From NCBI GenBank assembly GCA_041178425.1, contig JBEGVH010000010.1, positions 143,652 to 207,651 of the forward strand: a DNA stretch of 64,000 nt, given 5' to 3'. This document shows, one piece after another, positions 9,899 through 18,571 of the stretch. Position 1 is the stretch's first letter, and each line of letters starts with the position of its first letter. Made by a program: the position numbers and the translations under genes. Source of the stretch: Pseudomonadota bacterium. Lineage in GTDB: Bacteria > Bdellovibrionota > Bdellovibrionia > Bdellovibrionales > Bdellovibrionaceae. The notes under the pieces are model-generated. The model was not told the origin of the DNA and made no database searches. It saw nothing but the letters and a program-made list of their open reading frames with translations.

Positions 9899-10028
9899 AT
9901 TTTTTATCTTTTCTTTGACTGCCCCCCTGTCTTTGCATTGACAATACTTATATTGTAGTTAACTTAGAACTATAGAAGCAAGGCCCTAGGCCATTCTAAA
10001 GTTTTTCAATAGGATATAATAAGTTTTT

Positions 10029-10514
10029 ATGCCATCGTTCGATATCGTCTCAGAAATAAACATACAAGAAGCCGACAACGCCGTTAATCAAGCCCTCAAA
10101 GAAATCGAAGGTCGTTATGATTTTAAAGGTAGCAAAAGCGAATTAACTTGGGACAAAAAAGAAATTTCGCTTATCGCTGAAGACGATTATAAAATCGGTG
10201 CCATGAAAGACATTCTCCAATCAAAGTTTCATCGCCGTGGCATCGATATGCGAGCGCTACAATACGGAAAAATCGAAGAAGCCGGCGGACGAATGCTTCG
10301 GCAAAAAATTACTTTAAGCCAGGGAATCGATAAAGAGAAAGCAAAGGACATTACGACATTTCTTCGCGACACGAAATTGAAGATTCAACCACAATTGACC
10401 GATGACAAAGTTCGCGTTTCCTCAAAAAGTATTGATACTCTTCAGGAGACTATGAGCCTCCTGCGCGCGAAAGACTTCGGAATTCCGCTCCAATTCAACA
10501 ACATGCGTTCGTGA
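10029..10514 (+). CDS. yajQ: YajQ family nucleotide/c-di-GMP-binding protein
   Basis: MPSFDIVSE, RYDFKGS and PLQFNN.R signatures. Confidence 0.95.
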   Translation: MPSFDIVSEINIQEADNAVNQALKEIEGRYDFKGSKSELTWDKKEISLIAEDDYKIGAMKDILQSKFHRRGIDMRALQYGKIEEAGGRMLRQKITLSQGIDKEKAKDITTFLRDTKLKIQPQLTDDKVRVSSKSIDTLQETMSLLRAKDFGIPLQFNNMRS

Positions 10515-10593
10515 GGTTTGATTTTCGACGGAATAGTTTAATAATATTATTTTTAGCCTCAGATTTTCTGAGGAGGTTTATAAGGAGGCCCAA

Positions 10594-10977
10594 GTGGGTA
10601 AGAAGTTATATGTAGGCAATTTGCCTTTTACGATCGATGATCAACAATTGCACCAGGCGTTCTCGAGCTATGGCCAAGTTATGTCGGCCAAAGTTATCAT
10701 GGACAGAGACTCTGGCCGAAGCAAAGGCTTCGGATTTGTTGAGATGTCAACTGATGAAGAAGCTCAAAATGCATTGGGCTCGCTCAATGGCACCCAACTT
10801 GGTGGCAGAGACATTAACGTATCAGAAGCTCGCGATCCAGGACCTCGCACTGGCGGCGGCGGTCCTCGCGGTGGTGGATTCCGTGGTGGCCGTGGCGGTG
10901 GCGGCGGCGGCCCTCGTGGTAACGGTGGTCCTCGTGGCGGCGGCAACAGACCTCCTCGCCGTTTTGGTGACGACTAG
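10594..10977 (+). CDS. RRM RNA-binding protein with Gly/Arg-rich tail
   Basis: RNP2 LYVGNL, RNP1 KGFGFVEM; RGG-rich C-terminus; AAGGAGG SD. Confidence 0.95.
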   Translation: MGKKLYVGNLPFTIDDQQLHQAFSSYGQVMSAKVIMDRDSGRSKGFGFVEMSTDEEAQNALGSLNGTQLGGRDINVSEARDPGPRTGGGGPRGGGFRGGRGGGGGGPRGNGGPRGGGNRPPRRFGDD

Positions 10978-11002
10978 TTTTTGGTTTGATTCAATCAAGG
11001 AC

Positions 11003-11032
11003 AAAGGGCTGGGAATAACAGCCCTTTTTTTT
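11003..11032 (+). terminator. intrinsic terminator
   Basis: AAAGGGCTG-loop-CAGCCC followed by T8, downstream of the RRM gene. Confidence 0.8.
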
Positions 11033-11086
11033 GGTTTTAAGAACCCAGCCTATCCTGTGTGACCAGCTATGGTATTCTAAAAGTGA

Positions 11087-12661
11087 ATGAGTTTAGTTTG
11101 TATCATCGAGCGAGAGCCATTTATCACAAGGCAAATCCAAACAGCGCTAATCGAAATCGATAGCAAGCTGACCGTCGTCGCTTTCAAAGATCTTGATGGG
11201 TTTTATAAATGGTTTGCGGCTGAACTCCGAAGGATTAATAGAGAGCCTGAAACTCCGAAAGAAGATTTAAAGCTTTTAATTGGCGATCTGCAATTTTTAG
11301 GGCCTCGCTATTTCACCCTCATCGAAAAACTAAGAAAACTCATGGCCCGAAGAGGCTTTATTTCTCGCGAAGACGATCTCGCGGTCATTCTCACTGCTTT
11401 CGAAGCACCTAACTTGAACTATAAGCAAATTGAGAGTCGAATTATAAATAATCTGATTTTTAAACCTTTCGACCTTCCAATTCTAAAGCAGCACTTACAA
11501 GTCGCATTAGCACAGCAACAAGCCATCAAAGACTACATGATTTTTAATCAAAAACTCAAAACGACAGCTGAAATGCTCAAAGAGGTTCAATTAGAATCGT
11601 TTTCCGAAATGGGTTTTACTACTCGAAGCAATCGTGAACTGCCCCTCAATGCTGTTTCTAAATACTACTTTCAGCACTTCGAAAACGGAGCGAAAACGAG
11701 CGTATTAGCACGCTGCCTTTCCTGCATTCCCCACCCAACGGTACCTGATGAGTACCAGGCGGAATTTAGATATCTAGGTCTCAATAACGGACAAGTAAAG
11801 AAGCTTCGTCAATCTCTCTTTAAAGCAGATTTAGAAGACAAAGATAAAACGAAAGTCAGCAAGGTCGCTTTTCCGAAAGCAAAAAAACCAGCACCACCGG
11901 CCATCAATTTTCTAATGTTCTTAACATCAGAAACTGACCACTGCCTTGAGATCAAAGATAACGTTGAAAGTAATCTTTTTGGCATTGGAATCACTCTGAA
12001 TCGCTCAATGGCGAAATTCATGGAGGCCTTGGCTAAAAACGACCTTACCGTACTAGGAGCTAAGCCCATTCATGTTGTTTTGTTGGACATTGCTTACTTT
12101 AATCCCACAAAGGGAGTTGATACATGGAGAAAAATACAGGGCCAAATTGAGGAATTTAACAAACGACTATTTGTAAAAGATCCTAAGCCCCGATTTTTCT
12201 TATTGAGCTCTCAAGAAATCCCTGATGTACACCTTAGAAACTGGGCTAGTTTATTTGAAGATGTACTCCTACTGCCAATCGATAGACCTTATCTGAATAA
12301 GCGCCTCCTGACTCTCTTTTCAGAGGCTCAACCCAAGAGAGAAAGTCTAGAGTTGCTTGGTTGTACGACCGATGAAGTATTTAGAGTAGCAAACCCAATA
12401 GAACTTGTTACTATTTCAGAAGCTTGCCTGACCATGAAGTATTATCGACCTATTTCATTTCACTCGTTTAGACGCTTCTTTCTACCCTCGGCTCAGGCAG
12501 GTGATCTCAATGAACTTTTAGGGTCTTGCTACTTTGTTGAAAAAAAAGACAATTTCTACATTAACTACTTTGTCTTTTTTGGGATTACTGATAGGTACCT
12601 CAAGTATATTCGCAAATGGATCTTAGAGAATTATATTGCCTCTAAGGAAGGTGCTGCCTAA
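11087..12661 (+). CDS. hypothetical signalling protein, tandem degenerate REC + PilZ-like repeats
   Basis: Two similar halves: REC-like (VILTAFE..IFKPFD; FLLSS..LLLPID) each followed by a PilZ-like segment (SFSEMG..F.GL; TISEAC..FFGI). Confidence 0.55.
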   Translation: MSLVCIIEREPFITRQIQTALIEIDSKLTVVAFKDLDGFYKWFAAELRRINREPETPKEDLKLLIGDLQFLGPRYFTLIEKLRKLMARRGFISREDDLAVILTAFEAPNLNYKQIESRIINNLIFKPFDLPILKQHLQVALAQQQAIKDYMIFNQKLKTTAEMLKEVQLESFSEMGFTTRSNRELPLNAVSKYYFQHFENGAKTSVLARCLSCIPHPTVPDEYQAEFRYLGLNNGQVKKLRQSLFKADLEDKDKTKVSKVAFPKAKKPAPPAINFLMFLTSETDHCLEIKDNVESNLFGIGITLNRSMAKFMEALAKNDLTVLGAKPIHVVLLDIAYFNPTKGVDTWRKIQGQIEEFNKRLFVKDPKPRFFLLSSQEIPDVHLRNWASLFEDVLLLPIDRPYLNKRLLTLFSEAQPKRESLELLGCTTDEVFRVANPIELVTISEACLTMKYYRPISFHSFRRFFLPSAQAGDLNELLGSCYFVEKKDNFYINYFVFFGITDRYLKYIRKWILENYIASKEGAA

Positions 12662-12684
12662 TTGATTGAACCAGGGTCATCATT

Positions 12685-13671
12685 TTGAGTGAAAAGAATT
12701 TTTCTAAAAATTTTGAAATAGAGAAAGCCGTCGAGGAACTAAAAAAAGGATCTGTCGTTGCTATCCCTACCGAAACGGTCTACGGGCTTGCGGCCAAAAT
12801 TTCAGATCTTGAAGCTATTCGAAAAATTTTCGCAACAAAAAACAGACCCTTTTTTGATCCTCTCATTGTTCATGTAGCCTCCATCGACCAGGCCAAATCT
12901 CTTGTTAAAGATTGGCCAAAGAGCGCACAAATTTTAGCAGAAGCATTTTGGCCAGGACCGCTCACTCTTGTGCTTCCCAAAGGTGATCTCATTAGCGATT
13001 TAATTACTTCTGGGCTCGAGACGGTCGCCGTCAGGCTGCCCAAACATCCCATGGCTCGAATGATCATTGAACGTCTCGGTGAACCTGTAGCTGCCCCGAG
13101 TGCAAATAAGTTTGGCCGAACGAGTCCCTCTCAGGCCCAGCACGTGCGCGATGAGTTCCAGAATGAGGTTCTCATTGTAGACGGAGGACCATGCGAAGTT
13201 GGAATTGAATCATCTATTCTAAAAGTTGTCGAGACGCCTAAAAAGACTGAACTCACTCTTCTAAGATCAGGCTCAATTTTGCCGGAACAAATTCTCAGTT
13301 CATTACAAATTCTCGGTAAAGAACTGATTTTTAATAAACCTGGAACGAATATCGAAGCTCCTGGCCAGATCAAGCATCACTATATGCCCGGCATTCCCGT
13401 TATTTTTATTGAAGAGGAGACTTGGACCTCCCTCGGTACCATAGAGAAAATCAATCACACTCTTGGAACTCAATTCAAACACCCCTGCCTATTACACTTG
13501 AGCAGCGCCCCCGATCAGGCAGCCCGCGAACTTTATGGTCAATTGAGGGCCTGTAGCCAGCCTCCGCACGACGTCATTCTTTTTGTACGAAAGAAATCCT
13601 ATCAAGGAGAATATTGGGCGGCCCTTCTTGACCGTATGAATCGGGCCTCAACATACCATCTTTTGAATTAA
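12685..13671 (+). CDS. tsaC: L-threonylcarbamoyladenylate synthase (Sua5-type)
   Basis: PTETVYGL, K.RP..DPLIVH, FWPGPLT, APSAN and C-terminal APGQ..HY motifs. Confidence 0.95.
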   Translation: MSEKNFSKNFEIEKAVEELKKGSVVAIPTETVYGLAAKISDLEAIRKIFATKNRPFFDPLIVHVASIDQAKSLVKDWPKSAQILAEAFWPGPLTLVLPKGDLISDLITSGLETVAVRLPKHPMARMIIERLGEPVAAPSANKFGRTSPSQAQHVRDEFQNEVLIVDGGPCEVGIESSILKVVETPKKTELTLLRSGSILPEQILSSLQILGKELIFNKPGTNIEAPGQIKHHYMPGIPVIFIEEETWTSLGTIEKINHTLGTQFKHPCLLHLSSAPDQAARELYGQLRACSQPPHDVILFVRKKSYQGEYWAALLDRMNRASTYHLLN

Positions 13672-13712
13672 GATTTGCCGAATTCAAAGGGAATAGCTAA
13701 GGTATTTCACCT

Positions 13713-14510
13713 ATGCTTTTAATGAGACTTTTTCGCGTTCTACACCTTGGTTCAATCGTAGCCCTCTTTTTATTGAAGGCTCTATTTATTCATTTATTTA
13801 CAACTGACTCTCATCGTCGCCGCAAAAAATTTGCGATGAATGTTTCGCAGTCTTGTCAAAAAGCCCTGAAGTCACTCAATATTGACCTTGAGGTTACGAG
13901 CCCCCCCAATAATCACGGGCGCTATCTCATCGTTTGCAACCATCTCGGCTATTTGGATATCTTTGCTCTCGCGGCTTCTGTTCCGGCTCTTTTCGTCACA
14001 TCTGTTGAAATGAAAGAGACCCCATTTTTAGGGCTTTTAACAGAAATGGCCGGCTGTATGTACGTTGAGCGTCGTAGTCGCATGAATATACACAATGAAA
14101 TAAAAGAAATAGAAGAAGCCTTAAACGACGGATTCAATGTTATTCTTTTTCCGGAAGGCAAGTCTACGGATGGAGAAAAAGTTCTCCCTTTTAAAAAATC
14201 TCTCCTCATGGCCTGCGCAGGAAGCGACGCCAATATCATGCCCGCAGTCGTTAATTTTAAAATGATCAATGGCGAGCCCATGCAGCACAAATTTAGAGAC
14301 TGGGTTTGTTGGTATGGCACCATGCCATTCATAACATCGATTTGGAATGCCTCGAAAATTTCACAAAGCCTTCTACGACTCGACTTTCTCGGAGAAGTTG
14401 TGGTTAACGGAGACTCCGATCACAGAGACGTTGCCCAACGGGCACAAAGCCAAGTGGAATCCAACTATATTGGGGTGCCCTACCCACCTGGAACAGGAAA
14501 GACTTACTAA
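13713..14510 (+). CDS. lysophospholipid (PlsC-family) acyltransferase
   Basis: NHLGYLD (HX4D) and LFPEG motifs. Confidence 0.88.
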   Translation: MLLMRLFRVLHLGSIVALFLLKALFIHLFTTDSHRRRKKFAMNVSQSCQKALKSLNIDLEVTSPPNNHGRYLIVCNHLGYLDIFALAASVPALFVTSVEMKETPFLGLLTEMAGCMYVERRSRMNIHNEIKEIEEALNDGFNVILFPEGKSTDGEKVLPFKKSLLMACAGSDANIMPAVVNFKMINGEPMQHKFRDWVCWYGTMPFITSIWNASKISQSLLRLDFLGEVVVNGDSDHRDVAQRAQSQVESNYIGVPYPPGTGKTY

Positions 14511-14531
14511 TTCTTACGATTTGCGACTCAT

Positions 14532-14897
14532 TCAATGAATGTACACATTCGATTTGGCCGATAGTATCTGAGCCAATCGATCTTTTTGACTGATTACCGA
14601 GTCTTGAATAGAGACTAGCTTTTTAAATAGTTTATTCTTTGCCTCCAAAATGGCTTCGTAAATATTCTCTGAGGTTCCCTCTTCTTCTAGACTCACTCCG
14701 TTTTCCTTAATAGAAATTGAAATAGTATGTTTTGAGGGGTCATTGACATACCCAAAATCATCTTGGTTTTTTGAAATCACCGATATGAGGCTCGATTCTG
14801 TTAAAAAGGGTTCAAAATCCGCTATCTGCTGATAGATAAAAGACTTTACTTCAGGGGATTCCTCGATTGGAACCGCATTGCTTTTTTTTCTATCCAT
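14532..14897 (-). CDS. divergent HPF/RaiA-like protein
   Basis: Pattern EVKSFIYQQIADFEPF ... SENIYEAILEAKNKLFKKL resembles the HPF fold; AGGAGG SD. Confidence 0.5.
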   Translation of the reverse strand: MDRKKSNAVPIEESPEVKSFIYQQIADFEPFLTESSLISVISKNQDDFGYVNDPSKHTISISIKENGVSLEEEGTSENIYEAILEAKNKLFKKLVSIQDSVISQKDRLAQILSAKSNVYIH

Positions 14898-15140
14898 TCT
14901 GAACCTCCTTTTTACAGCACGGGCAAATCAGGATGACCGCCTTCTTTTTCTAGTATAACTCTGGTGGCTCATCGATTGCTGTCAAGTTTGCCCAAACGAA
15001 TATAATCCTGCTGATGACCATTTTTCTTAGGCTCGTTTTAAATTGATACAAGGACCCATTCCCGAGGTCGACGCAAAATGGGTCGCACTATGGGCAACCA
15101 AGACTTGCTGATTGCCTCTGCATCAGCTAAGAAGTGATAC

Positions 15141-16490
15141 ATGACACCCTCACAAATCCGAACCCTTCAGAGTTATAAGAAACTTTTACTTTTCCTCGAT
15201 GTCATTGGCTTAACCTTTATTTTTTCTTTAGCTTTTACAGTACGGATGCAATTGGATTTCGAAGCCGCAGTAAGGCAACCCTTATTGATAGTTATTTTAA
15301 TTGTCGACGTTGCGAGCCTCTATGTCCTTGGCGCCTACGACATAAATACAGAGCATAGTTTTTTTGAATTAAGTATCCGAGTTCTACTTGCAGGAATTTT
15401 TGGATTCGGGTTCCTTGTTGGATTTATTTATCTCTCCAGACTAGAAATTGCAGGACTTTTCGGACGAGGAGTATTTTTAACATCTTTCATTGCCAACTTA
15501 TTTTATGCTGCATTCTTGAGAGTTCTATTTAGCACTCGTCTTCGATATTTAAAAACATCTCGATGGCGATGGTTGGCTTTTGGGGACTTACCAATTCTAG
15601 AGCGCCTCACTCAGGATGCCAGAAAAAATACGGCACTTGGACAATTGGAAACTCTTATTGTTGAAGAATCGGATGATTTTAAAGTTATGCAAAGCCGACT
15701 CGTTCAGCCATGGGAAGGTATTATAATAGCGACCAACCTCTCGCTACCAGAAGAGATTTCCAATACGCTCCTCCACAAGAGACTCAATGGCCTACAAGTC
15801 GCCAATCTAACGCAAATCTATGAACACTTCTGGGGTAAGCTTCCTGTGCACTTCATTGAAAATAAGTGGCTTCTAACTACCGAGGGATTCAGCATTACCC
15901 ACAATCCCATTGGACTTAGAATTAAACGATTAATGGATATTGGGTTATCAATTCTTTTACTGCTTATTACCTGGCCTATACTCGTCCTAACAATGGTGGC
16001 CATCAAACTAGAGAGCAGGGGACCTATTTTTTTTAGACAAACGCGAACGGGAAAAGATGGTAAGGACTTTTCAATTGTTAAGTTTCGGTCAATGACTACT
16101 GATGCTGAAAAAAATGGAGCACAATGGGCCCAAAAAAATGATACGCGCGTCACTCGTGTTGGCAAGTGGATCCGACTGACTCGGATTGATGAACTCCCCC
16201 AAATTATCAACGTCCTTAAGGGGGAAATGAGTTTCATTGGTCCGCGGCCCGAACGCCCAGAATTCAATGAAACATTGGAGCAGAAGATTCCCTATTACCA
16301 ATTAAGACATTTACTGCGTCCAGGGATCACCGGTTGGGCCCAGGTTATGTACCCCTACGGGGCATCAATCGAGGACGCTACCGAAAAACTACAGTATGAG
16401 CTCTATTACATAAAAAACTACACCCTCGGCCTTGATTTATTAATTGTTCTGAAAACCATTAAAATAGTCCTTTTTGGTAAGGGCCGATAA
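15141..16490 (+). CDS. polyprenyl glycosylphosphotransferase (WcaJ/WbaP-like sugar transferase)
   Basis: KRLMDI, KFRSM, RIDELPQ, GEMSFIGPRPERP and PGITGWAQV motifs. Confidence 0.93.
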   Translation: MTPSQIRTLQSYKKLLLFLDVIGLTFIFSLAFTVRMQLDFEAAVRQPLLIVILIVDVASLYVLGAYDINTEHSFFELSIRVLLAGIFGFGFLVGFIYLSRLEIAGLFGRGVFLTSFIANLFYAAFLRVLFSTRLRYLKTSRWRWLAFGDLPILERLTQDARKNTALGQLETLIVEESDDFKVMQSRLVQPWEGIIIATNLSLPEEISNTLLHKRLNGLQVANLTQIYEHFWGKLPVHFIENKWLLTTEGFSITHNPIGLRIKRLMDIGLSILLLLITWPILVLTMVAIKLESRGPIFFRQTRTGKDGKDFSIVKFRSMTTDAEKNGAQWAQKNDTRVTRVGKWIRLTRIDELPQIINVLKGEMSFIGPRPERPEFNETLEQKIPYYQLRHLLRPGITGWAQVMYPYGASIEDATEKLQYELYYIKNYTLGLDLLIVLKTIKIVLFGKGR

Positions 16491-16641
16491 AAATTCAGCC
16501 CAATAATTCGCCAGTTTCATCGAGGGCCTATGAAGAGATTTCTGTAGAATCAAAAAAACTTGCCAATACCATCACTTCTCATCATTGATAGCCTCTCATT
16601 ATTCTTGGGGGTCATCTCGTTGAAGGGATGAATGTTACGTA

Positions 16642-17934
16642 ATGCAGATGTGCAAACCACTTGCTACTCTATTTTTATGCTTATTGTTGGGGTGGAATAC
16701 CTTGGCGTCGGATCACGACTACAAGTTTTTACTTGATTGGTCGAAAGAGGGCGATTTTGACTTTTGCTCAGACAATCGATCGTTCGAGTACCGAAATGCC
16801 TATTGGCTTGGGGCTATGTCGTATTATGCCTATCTCAATCACTCCTACGTAGAACAAATCTTCAAAACTCCAAAGAAGAAAAGATTTAGCTTACAAACTA
16901 AAAACTCGCGAGGTCGACCCAATGGCACAATCAGAACAACCGGCCTTGGTTGGCCAGGCACTCTCGACTATTTTTCTAATGCCTCTCCAATACCGCTAAA
17001 AAAGTCTGATATATATCGCCTCTCCCAGGATTTTGTTCCAGATGTGCAAGCAATCTGGGCTGAGAAATCTGATTTAGTGATTGTTGCCTTTCGCGGCACC
17101 GAACAAGATAACCCAATAGACTGGGCTACCGATTTTGCAGCATCTTTTCAATTGAACCATGAGTATATGCCTTTTTGGCGGCGCAACGTGCACAAGGGCT
17201 TCGAACAGTCACTCGCCGTCATTGCCCCTTGGTTAGAAACTAAATTAAATCGACTTTTCGAACGCTATCCTGATGCACACAAAATTCCCATTTTTTTAAC
17301 AGGACATAGCATGGGGGGTGCCCTAGCAACCCTTACGATGACGACCTGGCTCGAACGAAATCAACTGGTTCCACCCCTTCGACGACTTAACTTAAAAGCC
17401 GTTTATACTTTTGGAACACCGAGAATCGGCAACTTGGCCTTTGCTACCCATTTTGCTCATTTGATTACTCGCGAACCAGTGGGCCTGTATCGCCTGGTAA
17501 ACAAAAGAGATTTTGTAACCAAAGCACCTTGCATTGACTACAACCACTTTGGCACCCATGTGCAATTACTTTCAGGCGTTCAAGGAAACTTTCCAGCGGC
17601 CAATCCCAACGTTCTAGTCAATCCACTCTCTGAAGAATTTCATCATTGCGCTTATGGAACTCGACTTTTTGAAAACATAAATCGCTTTCAGGAATATAAG
17701 TTAGATCATTTAATTGATAACTATTACAGCGTTTTGGTATCGATTCGAAATGACCTAAACACAGCTCTGCGTGCTCAAGCCTCTGAGTTCGACCAAAAAA
17801 ATGGCTATTCTAGTGACAACCCATTTAACCCTCACAAATTTCCATATTCCTGCAAGGGCAAGATCACTCATATCGGCGCCCCCGCTTATCTCCAATACAA
17901 TAACAAGAGCCTCGCTTTTGAAATTGAAAATTAA
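16642..17934 (+). CDS. secreted class 3 lipase
   Basis: Signal peptide; VAFRGT, VHKGF, GHSMGG, YTFG.PR and D.V motifs. Confidence 0.88.
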   Translation: MQMCKPLATLFLCLLLGWNTLASDHDYKFLLDWSKEGDFDFCSDNRSFEYRNAYWLGAMSYYAYLNHSYVEQIFKTPKKKRFSLQTKNSRGRPNGTIRTTGLGWPGTLDYFSNASPIPLKKSDIYRLSQDFVPDVQAIWAEKSDLVIVAFRGTEQDNPIDWATDFAASFQLNHEYMPFWRRNVHKGFEQSLAVIAPWLETKLNRLFERYPDAHKIPIFLTGHSMGGALATLTMTTWLERNQLVPPLRRLNLKAVYTFGTPRIGNLAFATHFAHLITREPVGLYRLVNKRDFVTKAPCIDYNHFGTHVQLLSGVQGNFPAANPNVLVNPLSEEFHHCAYGTRLFENINRFQEYKLDHLIDNYYSVLVSIRNDLNTALRAQASEFDQKNGYSSDNPFNPHKFPYSCKGKITHIGAPAYLQYNNKSLAFEIEN

Positions 17935-18023
17935 TTTTAAAGGGTTTCTTTCTCTTTGCATAAGCTCGCTTACTATGAATCAATAGAGCTGACGTTCGTT
18001 AAACACCTGCAAAGGAGAAACCT

Positions 18024-18545
18024 ATGACAAAACTTTTAAACTTCATCGCAATTTCTTGCCTCTTGTTCACAGACTTAGGCTGGGCCCTTGATATTGGCTC
18101 CGTGGCGCCAAACGTCAGCGGAGTGAACCACCTTAACAAAACAATTCATTTTAAAGACAACTACAACGACGGTTATTTGTTAGTGTTCTTTTATCCGAGA
18201 GCCAATACGCCCGGTTGTACTGCGCAAAACAAAAGTTTAAGAGACGGGTTTAAAACTTTGTATGCAAAAGGAGTTAAGGTTGTTGGGATTAGTACAGACT
18301 CTGTTGAAAAACAAAAAGACTTTCACGACAGCCTTAATTTGCCCTTTGATTTGATCTCTGATCAAAAAGAAGAAATTGCAAAGGCTTTTGGGGTTCCAGT
18401 AAGATTTGGATTTTCAGGAAGACAGGCTTTTCTCATTCACAAGTCTAAAGTTATTTGGCTCGATAAAGATGCTGCGACTTCTGAACAAGCAAATGATGTG
18501 CTGTTGGCTATTGAATCTTGGGAGAAAAACAATTTAAAGAAATAA
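18024..18545 (+). CDS. exported peroxiredoxin (BCP/PrxQ family)
   Basis: FFYPRANTPGCT motif; signal peptide. Confidence 0.88.
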   Translation: MTKLLNFIAISCLLFTDLGWALDIGSVAPNVSGVNHLNKTIHFKDNYNDGYLLVFFYPRANTPGCTAQNKSLRDGFKTLYAKGVKVVGISTDSVEKQKDFHDSLNLPFDLISDQKEEIAKAFGVPVRFGFSGRQAFLIHKSKVIWLDKDAATSEQANDVLLAIESWEKNNLKK

Positions 18546-18571
18546 TATCACAAGAATCTCTGGCTCGATTT

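Noticed and set aside
10637..11062. Alternative-frame Ala/Val-rich and Pro-rich ORFs over the RRM gene
   Set aside because: By-products of the GGN-rich Gly/Arg tail.
14915..15085. c-di-GMP-I (GEMM) riboswitch suggested by GGGCAAA and GACGCAAA
   Set aside because: The two motifs are about 150 nt apart with no GNRA-capped P2 stem between them.
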